A stretch of DNA of 64,000 bases from a virus. Taxonomy: Duplodnaviria; Caudoviricetes. Positions 56,506 to 64,000 of the stretch are shown piece after piece. The stretch's first letter is position 1. Every line of letters begins with the position of its first letter. The translations under genes and the position numbers were made by a program. The stretch covers positions 1-64,000 of IMG/VR virus record IMGVR_UViG_3300033073_000410; one strand, 5' to 3'. Below the pieces are notes generated by a model. That model did not search any database. It had not been told where the DNA came from and worked only from the letters and a program-made list of their open reading frames with translations.

Positions 56506-57045
56506 TTATAATCCCGCCTTTGAAATAAAGTCTTTGAGTAGACTATCTTGTTCTTTGAAAATCTTGTGTGGCTCTAGTCCTGCACGTTCACGCATTTCAT
56601 TCAAGTCTGACTCTTTTTCCATTCTATATTGATGTGGACTTAATGTAATCATACTTTTAATACGTCCGGCGTCTAAAGGATAATTAGTCCCATCAATTTT
56701 CATTTCCCAGTCTTCAACTTTAAGACCAGTTAATGTTTCTAAATCTTCTACAAGCTCAATGATTCTATCTGGAACCATTGTTCTACGGTCTAGTTCAACG
56801 AACACTACATAGCGTCCTGATACTAACTCACCGTCACTAGTCTTAGCGTCTAAGACCCAGTCATATCCTCGCTCAAACCAGTCAACTAAATCTTCACTAG
56901 CCTGATTACCCCTAACAACAAATGACACAGTAACAATTTCATCATCACTTCCCATCTTTGCTTCATATTCATCAATTGAAATTCTAGGGACGATTTGTCC
57001 CTTCAAATCCATATGATCCATACCCTCTAATAGAATTTTGTTCAT
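56506..57045 (-). CDS. Conserved phage hypothetical protein
   Basis: IDEY..KMG.D, DL..W.ERGY..VLDA..S.GE, VFVE..R. Confidence 0.7.
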   Translation of the reverse strand: MNKILLEGMDHMDLKGQIVPRISIDEYEAKMGSDDEIVTVSFVVRGNQASEDLVDWFERGYDWVLDAKTSDGELVSGRYVVFVELDRRTMVPDRIIELVEDLETLTGLKVEDWEMKIDGTNYPLDAGRIKSMITLSPHQYRMEKESDLNEMRERAGLEPHKIFKEQDSLLKDFISKAGL

Positions 57046-57668
57046 TACATCATTCCTCCGGGTGCTGGTGGCATTCCTCCGCCCATCCCCATGTCAGGAG
57101 CCATTCCCATACCTTGTGCTTGTTGAGGTTGATTTTCTTCTCCCTCTTCGGAACCTGCTTTATCTAAGTCATCTTCGTAAGCATTATCCAACTCACCCAA
57201 GTCAATAGTTTGGTCTGCTAAGTCAATAGAACCTTCGCGGATATCGTTCATTAGTTCTTTAGGCATATTGATGTAGACTAACCACACTTCACGCTCAACC
57301 ATTTTAGGATACTTAGTTCCGGGCTTGAAATCCTCTGCTGATTCGATTTTAACTGGAACTTCAATAGTAGTCTTTTTGAACTTGATTGTGCAACCAAGTC
57401 TTAGTAATCTTTTGCCACCACGTGGGTCGGGCATTAGTTTCTCAGGGTACATGAATACACAAGAAACACTATACTTCTCAACATCAGGACCACGGACTAA
57501 CTCGCCCAAATCCCAATGTTTATATGCATAGAGGTCAGCTTCATCTAGGACTCGTTCAAAGTCTAGTAAGCTGTTAATCATACCGTCACTAAAGTAGACA
57601 CCCTTAATAGTATTAATGATGCTCGAATAGTTGATATCGTTGAAAAAGTCGTCTGAAGGATTGCTCAT
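57045..57668 (-). CDS. Conserved phage hypothetical protein
   Basis: LLDFERVLD..DLYAY..W..GE...GP...MPDP.GG.RL; TAAATA upstream. Confidence 0.7.
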   Translation of the reverse strand: MSNPSDDFFNDINYSSIINTIKGVYFSDGMINSLLDFERVLDEADLYAYKHWDLGELVRGPDVEKYSVSCVFMYPEKLMPDPRGGKRLLRLGCTIKFKKTTIEVPVKIESAEDFKPGTKYPKMVEREVWLVYINMPKELMNDIREGSIDLADQTIDLGELDNAYEDDLDKAGSEEGEENQPQQAQGMGMAPDMGMGGGMPPAPGGMM

Positions 57669-57838
57669 AGTTTAGTATTTATCATTCTTTGAACGATAAC
57701 GAGCAGAAAGAAAAGTTCGGGGGTAGCCTAATATTTATGCTAATTCTGTGTGAAAAAAGTACGCTACTATAGGCTATTCATTTGACCTTAAATAAACTTG
57801 AGTGTTATGAGAACTCACGCTCGACAAAGGAGATAATT

Positions 57839-58618
57839 TTGAGCAAACGAAAGACAGGCGCTTTACGCAATCAGGAACAAGACACACGCTACGCACACAC
57901 AAAAAAACAAGAACAAACATTCTATACGAAAGAATCTAAAACAATCAATTTCGACCAAGCACGAATCAAACTGAATACTAAACCCATTCAATTAGTGCCC
58001 AAGTCCGTCAATCAAGAAAAGTACATTCTCGCACTACTTAATGAACACGTTGATATCGTTGTCGTAGGTGGACCTGCGGGAACAGGTAAAACTTATCTAG
58101 CTATGCAAGCCGCTATCAAGGCATTGAAAGCAGGTGAAGTAGACCGTATTATCTTGACTAGACCTGCAATTGGTGTTGAAGATGAAAAGCATGGGTTCTT
58201 GCCAGGAGATATCAATCAAAAGATGGAACCGTGGACTAGACCTCTGCTAGACGTTTTACGTGAGTATTACACAGCCCGTGAAATCGCCCACATGCTAGAA
58301 GAACAGATAGTGGAAATTGCACCCCTAGCATTCTGTCGAGGTCGGAACTTTAAGCACAGCTACGTTATACTTGATGAAGCTCAAAACGCAACCCCTGGTC
58401 AACTCAAGATGATTATGACTAGAATCGGTATCGGCAGTAAGATTGTAATTACTGGCGACATTGAACAAGCCGATAGAAAAACAGCCGACAATGGGCTACT
58501 AGACTTACAAAATCGATTGGGGAAGGGGGTGATTCCAGGGTTGCAACTATGTAACTTTGAACTAAAAGATGTTCAACGACATAGGATTATCGAGCACGTA
58601 CTTAAATTGTATGGATAA
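57839..58618 (+). CDS. phoH: PhoH family ATPase
   Basis: GPAGTGKT, RP, GFLPG, RGRNF, DEAQN, TR.G, GD..Q.D, DV.RH; TTG start with AAGGAG SD. Confidence 0.93.
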   Translation: MSKRKTGALRNQEQDTRYAHTKKQEQTFYTKESKTINFDQARIKLNTKPIQLVPKSVNQEKYILALLNEHVDIVVVGGPAGTGKTYLAMQAAIKALKAGEVDRIILTRPAIGVEDEKHGFLPGDINQKMEPWTRPLLDVLREYYTAREIAHMLEEQIVEIAPLAFCRGRNFKHSYVILDEAQNATPGQLKMIMTRIGIGSKIVITGDIEQADRKTADNGLLDLQNRLGKGVIPGLQLCNFELKDVQRHRIIEHVLKLYG

Positions 58619-58619
58619 T

Positions 58620-58644
58620 AAAAAGGGGCTTAACGCCCCTTTTT
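58620..58644. terminator. Bidirectional terminator between convergent genes
   Basis: AAAAAGGGGC-ttaac-GCCCCTTTTT. Confidence 0.9.
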
Positions 58645-58897
58645 ATTCCTCGTTCGCTTCGTTAGTTAATCGTTCTATGATAGCAGGGTAGACCTGAATA
58701 TAGTACGCAAGCATTTTGTCAAAGTCAGTTTGAATAACTTGGCTTTCGACCAAGCATTTTACCAACTTCTTTTCCTTAAAGTCCATGATAACATTCGCCA
58801 TTTGAATGTCATTATCTTTAACTTTCTTCGCAACTTGAACTTGTTCGTCAATCTTACCATCGGCTTTACGAACGTATGTAATAATTAGATATCTCAT
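58643..58897 (-). CDS. Hypothetical protein
   Basis: YLIITY....G..DE; downstream of the clamp loader. Confidence 0.65.
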   Translation of the reverse strand: MRYLIITYVRKADGKIDEQVQVAKKVKDNDIQMANVIMDFKEKKLVKCLVESQVIQTDFDKMLAYYIQVYPAIIERLTNEANEE

Positions 58898-58898
58898 A

Positions 58899-59825
58899 TT
58901 AACTTGTTAATTCTATAAGTGTAGCTGCCAAGTTGATTTCAGGGATACCAACTAGGCTTAAGTTTGCTAAACCATTGCGAATCACAATGATACTAGCATC
59001 CTTCTTTTCTTGTGTATTGCCCCACAAGTCTAAGTTGTTGTACATCCAACGATATACATCTTCAATACGACTTGGATACAATGCCAAATATTGTAGTAGT
59101 TGTTGACGACCTTCGTTAATCTTTCCCTTCTTAAACAGTTGGGTTGCTTCAACTAATAGTTCATCTTCACTAGAAGTTTGTGTTGATGGTGGCAACAATT
59201 TGCCTGTGCTACTATTGACTTGCAATTGATTCAAACACTTACGTAAGTCAGGATAACTTACACCAATGTAGCTATCAAGCACATCCAAATCAAATTCAAC
59301 ATTCTCTGTAACTAGAACAGTTGCGGCTCTTGCCGTGAACTCAGTTTTATCTGGTTTAGCGATATGAAACTTGTGACAGCGACTTTCACGCAATGCAGGT
59401 ATAACTCTATGCTCATAGTTACAAGTTAAGATATAACGTGTAGTAGCAGAATATGCTTCCATATCATTACGCAATGCAGCCTGTGCGTCACGTGATAGAT
59501 AGTCAGCTTCGTCAAGCAACACGACTTTGAACTTACCAAAGGGCATTGTTTCTACGAAACCATTAATCTTTGTACGAACGTTCTCTACGGAGTTTTCACG
59601 TGATGCGTTGATTTCCAACACATCGAATTCATCTACTCCCAACTCTTTGATTAAGACTTTTGCTAGTGTTGTTTTACCAGTACCAGGGTCACCCGATAAC
59701 AATAAGTGAGGGATAGTTCCCTCTTTGATCCAACCTTCTACTTGTTGCTTTTGTCGTTCATCAACAAACACATAATCACTAATGTTTGTTGGGCGATACT
59801 TTTCTACCCAGAGACTGTTTTTCAT
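58899..59825 (-). CDS. Clamp loader AAA+ subunit (gp44/RFC small)
   Basis: WVEKYRP, GDPGTGKTT, EINAS, LDEAD, SRC, PDLR. Confidence 0.92.
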   Translation of the reverse strand: MKNSLWVEKYRPTNISDYVFVDERQKQQVEGWIKEGTIPHLLLSGDPGTGKTTLAKVLIKELGVDEFDVLEINASRENSVENVRTKINGFVETMPFGKFKVVLLDEADYLSRDAQAALRNDMEAYSATTRYILTCNYEHRVIPALRESRCHKFHIAKPDKTEFTARAATVLVTENVEFDLDVLDSYIGVSYPDLRKCLNQLQVNSSTGKLLPPSTQTSSEDELLVEATQLFKKGKINEGRQQLLQYLALYPSRIEDVYRWMYNNLDLWGNTQEKKDASIIVIRNGLANLSLVGIPEINLAATLIELTS

Positions 59826-60187
59826 CGTTTCAATGCTTCCAAAGTCATAATTTTAGCAAGTTCTGTGCCTAAATCCAAGTCACTTGGGATAAGATGTAGT
59901 GCTTGGTCGTTAGTATCCTTCTTCTCATTGTAGTAACTGTATTCTACAATGTGACCGCCCGTTGCTGGGTAGATTCTAAATACTAACGGAGATTGACTTA
60001 AGTTAACCTGACCGTCATCTGCAACTTTAATTCCCTGTCTCGATCCTGCTCGTACTCTAGGAATGTTCATAGCTAAACCAACTCTTGGACCCTCTGCTAC
60101 TTTTTGAGTATTATGTTCCTCTTGCTCAATACTCTTGAGTCCGTTATACAACCATTTAAAAAACCAATTCATATTATACCTTATCAC
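59822..60187 (-). CDS. Hypothetical protein
   Basis: F.I..A.GG.IVE...L..I....DL..EL..I. Confidence 0.6.
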   Translation of the reverse strand: MIRYNMNWFFKWLYNGLKSIEQEEHNTQKVAEGPRVGLAMNIPRVRAGSRQGIKVADDGQVNLSQSPLVFRIYPATGGHIVEYSYYNEKKDTNDQALHLIPSDLDLGTELAKIMTLEALKR

Positions 60188-60542
60188 TCATAGTTAAATC
60201 GTCAACGGGTTCGTCACTAACTAATAGAATATCCGCTGGGTCAACTCTACGGATAGTTTTCTTACCCTCTTCATCTTCGATGTCCACACCCCTAGTCCAA
60301 CGACCATGACTGATGCAAATCCATTTGCCCACTTCAAGTTGCGGGTCTTTTTGATTTGGTCCTAGTGCATAGATTTTAGCCCAACGAGGGCGAATACCTG
60401 AACTTTTCATATCATCGTTTGGTAAAATGATACCACCATTTGTGATACGTACATCAAATGCCATATCACATACAATGATGTGTTCACTAATAGCCTTAAA
60501 CTGGTCTTTGTTAAATTTGTGTGGTTCGAATGATGCTTTCAT
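60174..60542 (-). CDS. groES: GroES-like co-chaperonin
   Basis: TNGGIILP mobile loop, IYALGP, VG..I, DIL. Confidence 0.7.
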   Translation of the reverse strand: MKASFEPHKFNKDQFKAISEHIIVCDMAFDVRITNGGIILPNDDMKSSGIRPRWAKIYALGPNQKDPQLEVGKWICISHGRWTRGVDIEDEEGKKTIRRVDPADILLVSDEPVDDLTMSDKV

Positions 60543-60548
60543 GCTATG

Positions 60549-60578
60549 ATTATAAAGTATTTTTGTTTCTGTTTTCAA
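60549..60578 (-). promoter_or_regulatory. sigma70 promoter, probably leaderless
   Basis: TTGAAA-N18-TATAAT, 6 nt from the ATG at 60542. Confidence 0.6.
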
Positions 60579-60587
60579 TTAAATTGG

Positions 60588-60854
60588 TTACTTTTGTACG
60601 TCATCATCTTCGTCAAAGAATTTCTTTTCCTCTGGCGACAACTCATCGGGTTGTAATGCTGGTTGATTGCGTACCGCTTGATTATACGTCTTTCTAACAC
60701 GTTGGTTATTGTCTTGGATAATCTTGTTGTTGCTATCTAAGATATCCCCACGTGCGTTGACACTCATGTTACCGACTGCGCGGACTTTTTCATTGCGGGC
60801 AACTAAAGCAGACATGTCTACTGATTTACCCATTGCTGAACGTGATACACCCAT
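60588..60854 (-). CDS. Conserved phage hypothetical protein
   Basis: RSA.GK.VDM..L...NE...AVGNM.VNARGD. Confidence 0.7.
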   Translation of the reverse strand: MGVSRSAMGKSVDMSALVARNEKVRAVGNMSVNARGDILDSNNKIIQDNNQRVRKTYNQAVRNQPALQPDELSPEEKKFFDEDDDVQK

Positions 60855-60864
60855 AATTTTCTCC

Positions 60865-61371
60865 TTATTTAAGAAACTCGTCTATCGACAAGTCATAGTG
60901 TAAACTATTTATACGGTGTACCCCCATTAGATACAATACATAACTAGACACACTTGATCCTCTGCCCACTCCCCAAACTACGTTATGTTTTCTCATTGTA
61001 TCAACCAAATACTTTAGATAACGCAATAGCATGAACAAATCACGCTCTTGGAACTTGAGCAGTTCATCACCCACTCGTTGTAACTCTGATTCGGTTTCGC
61101 ACAAGTCTAATACGTATTTGGCAATATCAAAGTCAACATATTCTTCTGGGAGGAACCAAACACTCTGATTCTTCAAATCAAAGTTCTCTACTGAACCCGA
61201 TGGCTTTTGATAGACTGAGAAACTTGGTTTGTTGTCTAAGTCCAATACCTCTGGGATTTGTAATATAGATTCAACCAATGCACGTTTGACTGTTCTATCT
61301 GGGTTTTTAAGATAGAACTCGCACAGGTCGTTTTCGGTCAATACTTGTTGACCATAGTTATCATTACGCAT
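60865..61371 (-). CDS. DNA polymerase III alpha (DnaE) partial palm-domain protein
   Basis: RV..EL, WGVGRGSSVSSYVLYL.GVH.I. Confidence 0.75.
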   Translation of the reverse strand: MRNDNYGQQVLTENDLCEFYLKNPDRTVKRALVESILQIPEVLDLDNKPSFSVYQKPSGSVENFDLKNQSVWFLPEEYVDFDIAKYVLDLCETESELQRVGDELLKFQERDLFMLLRYLKYLVDTMRKHNVVWGVGRGSSVSSYVLYLMGVHRINSLHYDLSIDEFLK

Positions 61372-61377
61372 TGATAT

Positions 61378-61406
61378 AGTATAACAGGTTTATACTAGAA
61401 TTTCAA
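61378..61406 (-). promoter_or_regulatory. sigma70 promoter, probably leaderless
   Basis: TTGAAA-N17-TATACT (TGn extended), 6 nt from the ATG at 61371. Confidence 0.6.
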
Positions 61407-61409
61407 CTG

Positions 61410-62024
61410 TTATGTTTCCGTTTTGTTATCAAAACTTGCGAACAACACTTCTGAATTGGGCGTTAATGTTTTGGTCTTGTTGTTGTCCCAAGCCAAATAG
61501 ATATCTGACCAATCTGTTTTGGGCTTAACTAACTTAACAACTTTCTTAGAAGAATTCTTAACTTTAACATCATTGATTTTACATGAGCATTCATTCCACC
61601 ATCCGTGTGACATAAAGGGTCCGATGTTATCTTCTACTTCAACCATGCAACTTACACCATCGCTCAATGCAGAACCAATTTGAATATCAGTGAGTAATAG
61701 TCTGCCCTCAGCGATTGCGTTTATCTTTACCATTAGCATGATACCAATCACTTGGTCATACGGATCTTCAGGTAATGAACACACTTTTAGATTTGCACTA
61801 CTATACTTTTCAATCATTTGAGTTTCTGATTGGTTGATAAAGATTGCATCAGTTAACACTTCATGTACTAAGTGTTTGATTCTTTCGAGCGCAATGTTTT
61901 GTTCTTCAATCGATTCAGTACCCACATTCATTGTCAAGTCAATGTCATATGAATTCATAAAGAACGAACCACTGAAGTACGCACCAGCTAAGAAATTTAA
62001 GTTTGTACAAACTCTTGCTGTCAT
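61410..62024 (-). CDS. Conserved phage hypothetical protein
   Basis: QNIA.ER, LPEDPYDQ, K.NAI, WW. Confidence 0.65.
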   Translation of the reverse strand: MTARVCTNLNFLAGAYFSGSFFMNSYDIDLTMNVGTESIEEQNIALERIKHLVHEVLTDAIFINQSETQMIEKYSSANLKVCSLPEDPYDQVIGIMLMVKINAIAEGRLLLTDIQIGSALSDGVSCMVEVEDNIGPFMSHGWWNECSCKINDVKVKNSSKKVVKLVKPKTDWSDIYLAWDNNKTKTLTPNSEVLFASFDNKTET

Positions 62025-62260
62025 TTTGAACTTTCAACGTTGATTTGATTTTGGGCGTTCTGCTTTTTAAACAACTCGTCCATTTTACTAGCGTATACGG
62101 CTCTGTAGTTTTCTAGTACCATTTGAATTTGATAGACTAGTGCCGCATTGCGGGTGCGTGAGGCAAAATTGAGTTTATCCGTTAAATCAGTAATCTTCTT
62201 ACCAATTTCGTCTAAACTCAACTGTGCTATTTCATTGTTATCGATGAAGGGATGTTGCAT
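62021..62260 (-). CDS. Hypothetical coiled-coil protein
   Basis: MxHP start; TAAATA upstream. Confidence 0.6.
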   Translation of the reverse strand: MQHPFIDNNEIAQLSLDEIGKKITDLTDKLNFASRTRNAALVYQIQMVLENYRAVYASKMDELFKKQNAQNQINVESSK

Positions 62261-62297
62261 GAAAATATTTAGTAGTCAGCAACCGGCTAAAACTATT

Positions 62298-63110
62298 TTA
62301 GCTAATAACGTATAACGGCATCCTACCCCAAATTGGTGTTTCACCGTCATATGGCCCCACGCATAGGTACATATATTGCCCGTCTGAACAGATAGTTCCG
62401 GGACCGTCACCAGGTAGACCAATCGGATCAGTGATAGAACGTAGATTCAATCCGCCTGCTTTTTGGTTTCTGTTTACTGGGTAAATATCAAGTGTTGTTC
62501 CACAATCAAGTGATGATATATTGTACACCATTAATGACACTCCATTTGGAACTCCAGTTTGATTACTAAATACACCAGGTGCTAGATATTGAGAACCATA
62601 GTTTTCTAATTGCTGTACACTCGGAGTTGGTCCACTTAATAACTCACCTGTATCAGTATCATGGGTAGATGGAGGGAATGTAATAACTGTACCTTCTTCC
62701 ACAATTAAACGAATTTGAATTTCAGTTTGAACCACCTTGCTACCAGTAGTAGATGGCCAGTTATCAAAGTAGATAGTTACTGGTCCGGATACTGTACCAT
62801 ATTGTACGTCACCTTTAGAAACATCAACTACAATAGTTCCCTCTAAAGCACTACCCAAATGGTATGAACTCTTTCTGTATGTTTTAGTTTCTACGTTAGA
62901 GATTTGTCCTCCACCCATATCATTGTTAAGAGCAGTACCATTCAATGCACTTTTAACTAGGACTTTAGATTGCAAGTCTGTTAGTTCATCTTTAGTAATG
63001 TCTAAGTTGTTTTTGATTGAGCCAAAGTTGTCTCTGAATCCCTGCGAAGAATTGTTGATTCCCGGTACAGGGTAATTGATGTTCATTCCGTTTGTGTTAA
63101 TATCACTCAT
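62298..63110 (-). CDS. Baseplate/tail structural protein
   Basis: YPV.G..N.SQGFRDNF..IK; G.PGD..G....D..Y.Y.C...YDG...IW.R. Confidence 0.65.
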   Translation of the reverse strand: MSDINTNGMNINYPVPGINNSSQGFRDNFGSIKNNLDITKDELTDLQSKVLVKSALNGTALNNDMGGGQISNVETKTYRKSSYHLGSALEGTIVVDVSKGDVQYGTVSGPVTIYFDNWPSTTGSKVVQTEIQIRLIVEEGTVITFPPSTHDTDTGELLSGPTPSVQQLENYGSQYLAPGVFSNQTGVPNGVSLMVYNISSLDCGTTLDIYPVNRNQKAGGLNLRSITDPIGLPGDGPGTICSDGQYMYLCVGPYDGETPIWGRMPLYVIS

Positions 63111-63130
63111 ATTATTTTTCCGTGAAGTAT

Positions 63131-64000
63131 TTAGTATGTGTTCTTGGGTAGAATCGTTTTCTCTGGGAACACGACTACCAAATCATTTGTGTCTAGTGGA
63201 TACGGTGTGGGTGTTGCGCTTGGCAATTCAGACCACCCTGGCATTGAAGTCATATATGGATTCCAGTTGAACGTACTACTCTTATCGATAATATATCTAT
63301 CGACAGTAAATTCTACTTTGTTTAACGGGAACGTAATATTATTAATGATATTATCTCTAATAGTGCTTGATGCCCCTTCTACTGTGTAGCATATGACCCA
63401 AGCAGGAATATACCCTAGAATAGAACCGTCTACTTGCTGACTAGTCATCCACTTTGGCAATATATTACTATCTAAGTTTTCACCCAACACAGAAGCAACG
63501 TGTGCTCTCATGTTTTTCAATCCAGCCGGATACAATGTTCTAACTGTGCCAGGCGATAAACTAGTATTGTATTTGTTATCAAATGAATTGCTAGTATAGA
63601 TATCTCCAGCGCCAGTATCATAAGGGCCTAAGTTTCTACTAATCGGAACTTCCCAGAAAACACTCTTACTTGATGCATCGGCTTCGTTGATAATATCACA
63701 GTATACAACTTCGTACAAAATGTTTCCATTTGTATCTTTAGCAATCGCAGTCTTTACATCACCTATTAACAAATTGATATCAGAATGATTTCTACCCATC
63801 GCTGACAAATATGTTTCTAAACTAGTTGACTCTACCCCGTAGATGTGTACGAAAGAGACCATAGATGACTTACCAAAGTAAGGATCTTCGGGTCTATATA
63901 ATAACTCTGTAGGGAATATATTTTCATCATTCAACAAGTTATTCAATAGTTTACGCTGCGGGACTCCGGGAGCCGCTTTAATGTATACGTTCTCGATAGG
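63131..64000 (-). CDS. Baseplate wedge-like protein (3' part; open to the right edge)
   Basis: YR..DP.FG, K.A.A....YEVVY, NMR, LP.WM...Q, LGY..A...CY, DRY; the frame stays open to 64000. Confidence 0.65.
   Translation of the reverse strand, partial: PIENVYIKAAPGVPQRKLLNNLLNDENIFPTELLYRPEDPYFGKSSMVSFVHIYGVESTSLETYLSAMGRNHSDINLLIGDVKTAIAKDTNGNILYEVVYCDIINEADASSKSVFWEVPISRNLGPYDTGAGDIYTSNSFDNKYNTSLSPGTVRTLYPAGLKNMRAHVASVLGENLDSNILPKWMTSQQVDGSILGYIPAWVICYTVEGASSTIRDNIINNITFPLNKVEFTVDRYIIDKSSTFNWNPYMTSMPGWSELPSATPTPYPLDTNDLVVVFPEKTILPKNTY

Larger units (their letters stand above)
6292..63133. promoter_or_regulatory. Recurrent TAAATA (T4 late-promoter-like) motif upstream of many genes
   Basis: Minus-strand copies at 6292, 7658, 18607, 20780, 26951, 32616, 34562, 38907, 46771, 47733, 52057, 57676, 62266 and 63128; plus-strand copy at 57789 before phoH. 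T4 late consensus is TATAAATA. Confidence 0.65.

Noticed and set aside
919-63389. Numerous plus-strand ORFs of 60-140 aa in the track
   Set aside because: They are antisense shadows of well-supported minus-strand genes, with no SD or recognisable motifs; only phoH is accepted on the plus strand.
1-64000. CRISPR array, tRNA or rRNA genes
   Set aside because: No regularly spaced repeats or cloverleaf seen by eye. The GGTAGCGAATC near 32656 is T-loop-like but lacks tRNA arms. tRNAscan was not run.
1-64000. Alternative genetic code (stop-codon reassignment)
   Set aside because: Core genes are full length under code 11, and TAA, TGA and TAG all end tightly coupled genes.

Overview
This is 64 kb of an AT-rich, densely packed, large dsDNA bacteriophage genome with T4-like/jumbo-myovirus gene content. 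Almost all genes are on the minus strand; phoH is the only clear plus-strand gene. From left to right: (i) 1-13.8 kb, small early/middle genes, including MazG-like, metallophosphoesterase, a GNAT/phasin-like cassette, 5'-3' exonuclease, a ParB/DGQH + GIY-YIG-like pair and UvsE; (ii) 13.8-25.8 kb, a 7-deazaguanine DNA-modification cluster (folE, queD, queE, a QueD paralog with LxxxHRHxF, a TGT/DpdA-like transglycosylase) interleaved with two glycosyltransferases, a GalE-like epimerase, an SDR and a cytidylyltransferase, with no queC/queF in the window; (iii) sliding clamp, family B DNA polymerase and a DsbA-like protein; (iv) 30-51.5 kb, a late region where about ten unrelated proteins share a T4-internal-protein-like N-terminal tag (M-R/K-x-x-E-F/I/L-x-x-E) and internal (V/L/I)-x-E linkers, plus an S8 protease and a tail-fibre-like protein; (v) clpA, dnaJ, holin-like, phoH, clamp loader, groES, a truncated dnaE piece and baseplate genes. 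The best candidates for undescribed biology are a preQ1-I-like pseudoknot riboswitch with a complete SD-sequestering expression platform upstream of queD, a putative capsid-packaged and protease-processed cargo set (including polyproteins and Tat signals hidden behind the capsid tag), a possibly glycosylated deazaguanine modification pathway, and systematic leaderless transcription. All family assignments come from motif recognition by eye; no database searches were run.
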